A DNA stretch of 64,000 nt from Scyliorhinus canicula (Eukaryota): NCBI RefSeq assembly GCF_902713615.1, contig NW_024055490.1, positions 1 to 64,000 of the forward strand. The letters run 5' to 3'. Made by a program: the position numbers and the translations under genes. The notes under the pieces were generated by a model. It did not search any database and was not told where the DNA came from. It saw only the letters and a list, made by a program, of their open reading frames with translations. Shown here piece after piece: positions 60,109 to 64,000 of this stretch. Position 1 is the first letter of the stretch. Every line of letters begins with the position of its first letter.

Positions 60109-60410
60109 GTGTCCAGTCGGATGTTGTGTTGACTCAGCCAGAGGCAGAGACCGGGCGTCCCGGAGGCTCCCTGACACTGACCTGTAAAACCAGCTTCAGC
60201 GTTAGCAGCTATGGCGTGCACTGGGTCCGCCAAATTCCCGGACAGGGGCTGGAGTGGTTGGTATATTACTATAGTTCATCCAGCAACAACTACGCCCCAG
60301 CCATTAAAGATCGATTCACTGCGTCCAAAGACACTTCAAGCAACATCTTCTCTTTGGCCATGAGGAGCCTGAAGACCGAAGACACCGCCATCTATTACTG
60401 TGCAAGAGAC
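60109..60410 (+). CDS. IGHV: germline VH exon, IgM-like
   Basis: Acceptor TTTTACAG at 60101-60108; [100 protein letters not shown]; both Cys and the Trp are conserved, no stops. Confidence 0.97.
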
Positions 60411-60449
60411 CACAGCGAGAGGAACCAGGGCTGGACCCGCACAAGAACA
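60411..60449 (+). other. V 3' RSS (23-bp spacer)
   Basis: CACAGCG (60411-60417), 23 nt, ACAAGAACA (60441-60449). Confidence 0.93.
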
Positions 60450-60817
60450 GCTCGAGAGGGAATTCAGCAACTTGCAGCTTAACCTGAAGGTTAGTACTTG
60501 ATTCAAATGTAATATTAATGTCAGTGATCAGAGTCAAAGCACACGCTGCTTCTTACATAACTAACACAGAGAAAATTAAACAGTAAAACTGAACACACCA
60601 ATCGATCTAATAGGATGAGCTTTTGTCTGTTTATATTTACTGTTCACAGTTTCAGCAATTAGAGACTTGCCTATATCCTGGTTTTATTATTTCTGATTCT
60701 TGGAGAAAGTGCATGTACATTGAGTTTTATAAACTGCTGTCAAATTATAAATTTATCAGAAATAAACGTGTATTTGAAATGAATATTGAATGGCAGGACT
60801 GAACAGAGAGTGAGTGC

Positions 60818-60898
60818 AGTTTTTGTGCGGGTGTCTGTCACTGTGACTACAGCAGTGGGTCACAGTGCTGTGCACAGCGACATCCTCATACAAAAACC
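60818..60898 (+). other. IGHD: D1 segment ACTACAGCAGTGGGT (60846-60860) with 12-RSS and 22-RSS
   Basis: AGTTTTTGT-12-CACTGTG | D | CACAGTG-22-ACAAAAACC. Confidence 0.95.
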
Positions 60899-61196
60899 TC
60901 AGTGATAGAGTTTGTTCAAATTGGTGATCAGCGCCACAGCAGGATTTTCAACCTAAATGAGGCTTAAATAAAACACAATATTAGTTTATAAAAAGGTATA
61001 AAAATCTTCCACTTTATCTCTGTTGACCGACACGCTATATCTGCACAGAGGGTTTAAAAGTGTTCTGATCCTCTTTATAAATGTAATGACCAGGACAAGC
61101 TGAAATAACTCACCCATTCGCTCTTGGAAGAGACAGAGTTAGTTTTTGAGGGAGCAGTGAATTTAAATCTCTGTTTTTTAGTCAACAGTCTGCCGC

Positions 61197-61262
61197 AGTA
61201 TTTGACACGCTGTGTCTCACTGTGATAACAGGGGCACAGCAGTTACTGTCAATACAAAAAGC
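61197..61262 (+). other. IGHD: D2 segment ATAACAGGGG (61225-61234) with 12-RSS on both sides
   Basis: AGTATTTGA-12-CACTGTG | D | CACAGCA-12-ACAAAAAGC. Confidence 0.92.
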
Positions 61263-61579
61263 CCCTCAGCACTAATTCACTGAGGCTGGCTCAGTGCTCG
61301 CTTTTACAATCCAACTTAATTTACAGTGATGTATTACTGTCCAGCACTGACAAAATGATAAGAATTAATATGGAAATTTGGTGGTCGTTATTTAGTCACA
61401 GTTGGTGTTTTCAATAGCATTTCCATGTCTGAAATATAAAACATTCAGTCATTTATGAAGAGAGAACGGTATCCACAAATATTCATATAATTTCCTGAAA
61501 ATTAATCGTGAATTTTCTTTGCCGTTGGTTTGTGAATATTTAAAATAATGGTGGATTTCTGTCTATTTTGTGCAGGTGC

Positions 61580-61618
61580 GGTTATTGTATGGAGCAGCCC
61601 AGGGAATGTGACACTGTG
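61580..61618 (-). other. J 5' RSS (23-bp spacer)
   Basis: GGTTATTGT (61580-61588), 23 nt, CACTGTG (61612-61618). Confidence 0.93.
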
Positions 61619-61666
61619 ACATCATGGGCTACTGGGGACAGGGGACCATGGTGACGGTGACTGCAG
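61619..61666 (+). CDS. IGHJ: JH segment (IMGYWGQGTMVTVTA)
   Basis: WGQG motif; donor G|GTAAGA at 61667. Confidence 0.96.
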
Positions 61667-61782
61667 GTAAGAACCATTCCGTCATTTACCAACTGTTTTA
61701 CTTGAGTATTTGTTTTATATTTTTCTGCATTTTCAAAATCTATTCGTTCACTGAAATGTGTTTTGGTGGATCATGTATTGCG

Positions 61783-63047
61783 ATTTTGTTGCAATGTTTC
61801 ATTTGATTCTGCTGAAAGGGGAATATAGAATCCCGCAGTTTCTTGGCAGAAAGATGCTGCTGAGGGATTCAGTCCCTGTTTGCTGTGATTTGATGTTTAT
61901 TTGCTGAGGATACTGTGTGGCGGGGTTAGTTTAATTACAGAACGTGTGTTTTTACGATGTTTAATCTCGGTTCTATCTAATGTCTGCAGTTTGTACCGTC
62001 TTCTGCACAAGTGTTTGAGATCTAACCCAACATTGACAAAATGTGCTAAAGTTTCTCCATTATCTTATTGAATATGATCCGCTTACTGACAATGCTTATG
62101 TTATTATTCCATTTTTGTGTTTCATTTAATTCTTCATTCATTTGATGACATGAGGGTTTGGTGCATTCTAGTTTGAGATTTTCTTGCAATGTTGCATTTG
62201 GTTCTGTTGAAAGGGTTTGTAGAACTGAGCTGCTTCTCTATGGTGCTTCACTCGTTCGGTGATGTGTTTTGGTGTTTTTCTGCTGAGGAATGTTTTTGGG
62301 TGACTTTGAATCGGAAGATTTGTGAAACGGTTTGGCGTGTCAGTATTGTTTCAACTCGGTGACGCTGAGCGGTTACACGGTTTGTGATTGAATGCAGAGT
62401 ATACGTGTTTGAAACTGCTTGGTGCAGGCTTGTAGGCAGAGAACAGGGAGGCTGTTTCTGCATCTTGAAAAAAAGGTGAAAATTGCAGATTAAACTAAGC
62501 CACGTTTTACGACAAAGCCTTTCCGAGCACAGGTTGTTGCTGCAATCACAGTTTGCCGTTTGTGCAATGTTTCATCTCCGTGGCATCTGATGGTTGCAGC
62601 TTTTACCATCTCCTGCAAACATTAAAAGCATTTAAATGTGTTTGAAAAATGACTCAATATGAAAAAATTGGTAAAGTTCCAATAATTCTTTGTTGTTAAT
62701 ATTCCAGCTCCTCACAATGCTATTGCTGTTATTCCACATTTCTGTTTAGTTTAATAATTCATACATTTGGCGACGAGCTGGTTTGCTAGATGTTTATATT
62801 TTCTTGCAATATTAAGTTTGATCCAGTTCGATGTAGAATTGAGCTGCTTCTCCATAAACGGGTTTCAGTCCTTCATTGATGTGATTTCGTGTTTTGTTCT
62901 TCTGACGAGATTGTGTATCTGGGTGACTTTAAATGATTAAGATTGGTCAAACGGTTCAGCGTTTCTGCATTGTTTAAACTCGGTGACACTGAGCGGTTAC
63001 ACGTTTTCTGGTTGAATGCAAACAGTCTCGGCGTTTGAAAATGCTTG
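61783..63047 (+). repeat. degenerate triplicated block in the J-C intron
   Basis: Copies at ~61783-61970, 62178-62421 and 62798-63047, each starting ATTTTSTTGCAAT. Confidence 0.75.
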
Positions 63048-63832
63048 AAGGGCGATTGTCGGGAGAAAACAGCCAGGCTTAAGAAAATAATCTAATAAAG
63101 ATATATTGATGCATTTTGTAATTTTAACTGATGCTTCCAGATTAAACGAAATAATGACTGAAACGCCCATGCAGAACATAGTAACATTTATATAATTCAA
63201 ACAATTGCAATGCGGTGATACAACTCCATATTAACCAAGGGTTATTTTAGATTGATATAATTCATCATTAATCGCCTTTCACAATCATGCTGTGTTCCAC
63301 ACGAGGTTAACGTGACCGGGCAGATTTCTAGGCTGGAAATACTTTGTAATTGCAGTTATTCTATTATTTCTGTGCCGCGGCAACCATATTATACCTTCAC
63401 TGTAATGCGTAGTTGGATAGCGAGGTAATTATCGCTAATCTAACCTGAAACAGGGTTCTGAGATGTGGAAGTCGCTGCCAATCATGGAATTGTTCCGATG
63501 ATTTTATTTATATTGTAGGAAAGTTCAGATTGCCTATGGCATTAGATTGAAAAGTAAAAGCCTGAATGTCAAACCGATTTATTTATTTACAAAAGGTTAA
63601 CAATACCTCTGCATTTTATAATGACATCCTGTCTCCCACAGCTGTGCTCTACACACGATAGAATTATAGGAAGAACAAATGATAGGAAAGAAAGAATGAT
63701 TATATCTTAGCTTTAGGCTTAAAATTTATTAAATGCTAAATTCAGCAACAAATTATCCACTCCACTTGCTCATAATGGGTGAGTTTTGGAAATGATTTGA
63801 ATAAATATTACTGAGCTGTTCTCGTTATATTA

Positions 63833-64000
63833 CATGGTGGTTAGCATCAATGCTTCACAGCTCCAGGGTCCCAGGTTCGATTCCCGGCTGGGTCACTGTC
63901 TGTGTGGAGTCTGCACATCCTCCCTGTGTGTGCGTGGGTTTCCTCCGGGTGCTCCGGTTTCCTCCCACAGTCCAAAGATGTGCGGGTTAGGTGGATTGGC
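63833..64000 (+). mobile_element. V-SINE in the J-C intron, runs off the window end
   Basis: GGTGGTTAGCA..GGTTCGATTCCCGG head and V core. Confidence 0.9.

Noticed and set aside
61208-61214. Extra reverse CACAGCG inside the D2 5' spacer
   Set aside because: Only 2 nt from the nonamer, so it cannot form an RSS.

Overview
Repeat-rich genomic DNA from a cartilaginous fish. The shark assignment rests on the clustered IgH organisation and the SINE/LINE families; a catshark-like species is only an inference. There are two N gaps (3467-3566 and 12124-12766). The only intact host gene seen is the 5' half of an unrearranged shark-type IgH minilocus on +: leader 59923/59935-59980, VH 60109-60410, D1 60846-60860, D2 61225-61234 and JH 61619-61666, all with correctly spaced RSSs (V-23, 12-D1-22, 12-D2-12, 23-J). 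It is most likely IgM; the C exons are not in the window. A C2H2 zinc-finger pseudogene lies at about 3.1-3.5 kb. The rest is mostly retroelements: two near full-length CR1 LINEs on + (22857-27948 and ~50053-54416), a truncated CR1 on - (28924-32164), a split Rex1/Babar element, a full-length L1 with a 15-bp TSD (34133-39910), three Penelope-like insertions, tRNA-derived SINEs, and an old ~4.7 kb tandem duplication (copy A ~19.7-41.3 kb, inflated by insertions; copy B ~41.3-46.0 kb). Four observations stand out. (1) All three long CR1 copies carry an in-phase U_UUA_AAC slippery heptamer immediately before the ORF1 stop, with an AUG-less ORF2 in the -1 frame, a candidate programmed ribosomal frameshift. 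(2) The CR1 5' end is built from 131-bp monomers, each with a CTCF core, an E-box and the Ig octamer; one such element sits ~9.7 kb upstream of an apparently octamer-less VH promoter. (3) A Penelope insertion contains a minimal hammerhead ribozyme. (4) A 37-bp perfect fold-back disrupts one CR1 ORF2. Repeat boundaries were read by eye and are approximate unless a TSD is quoted.
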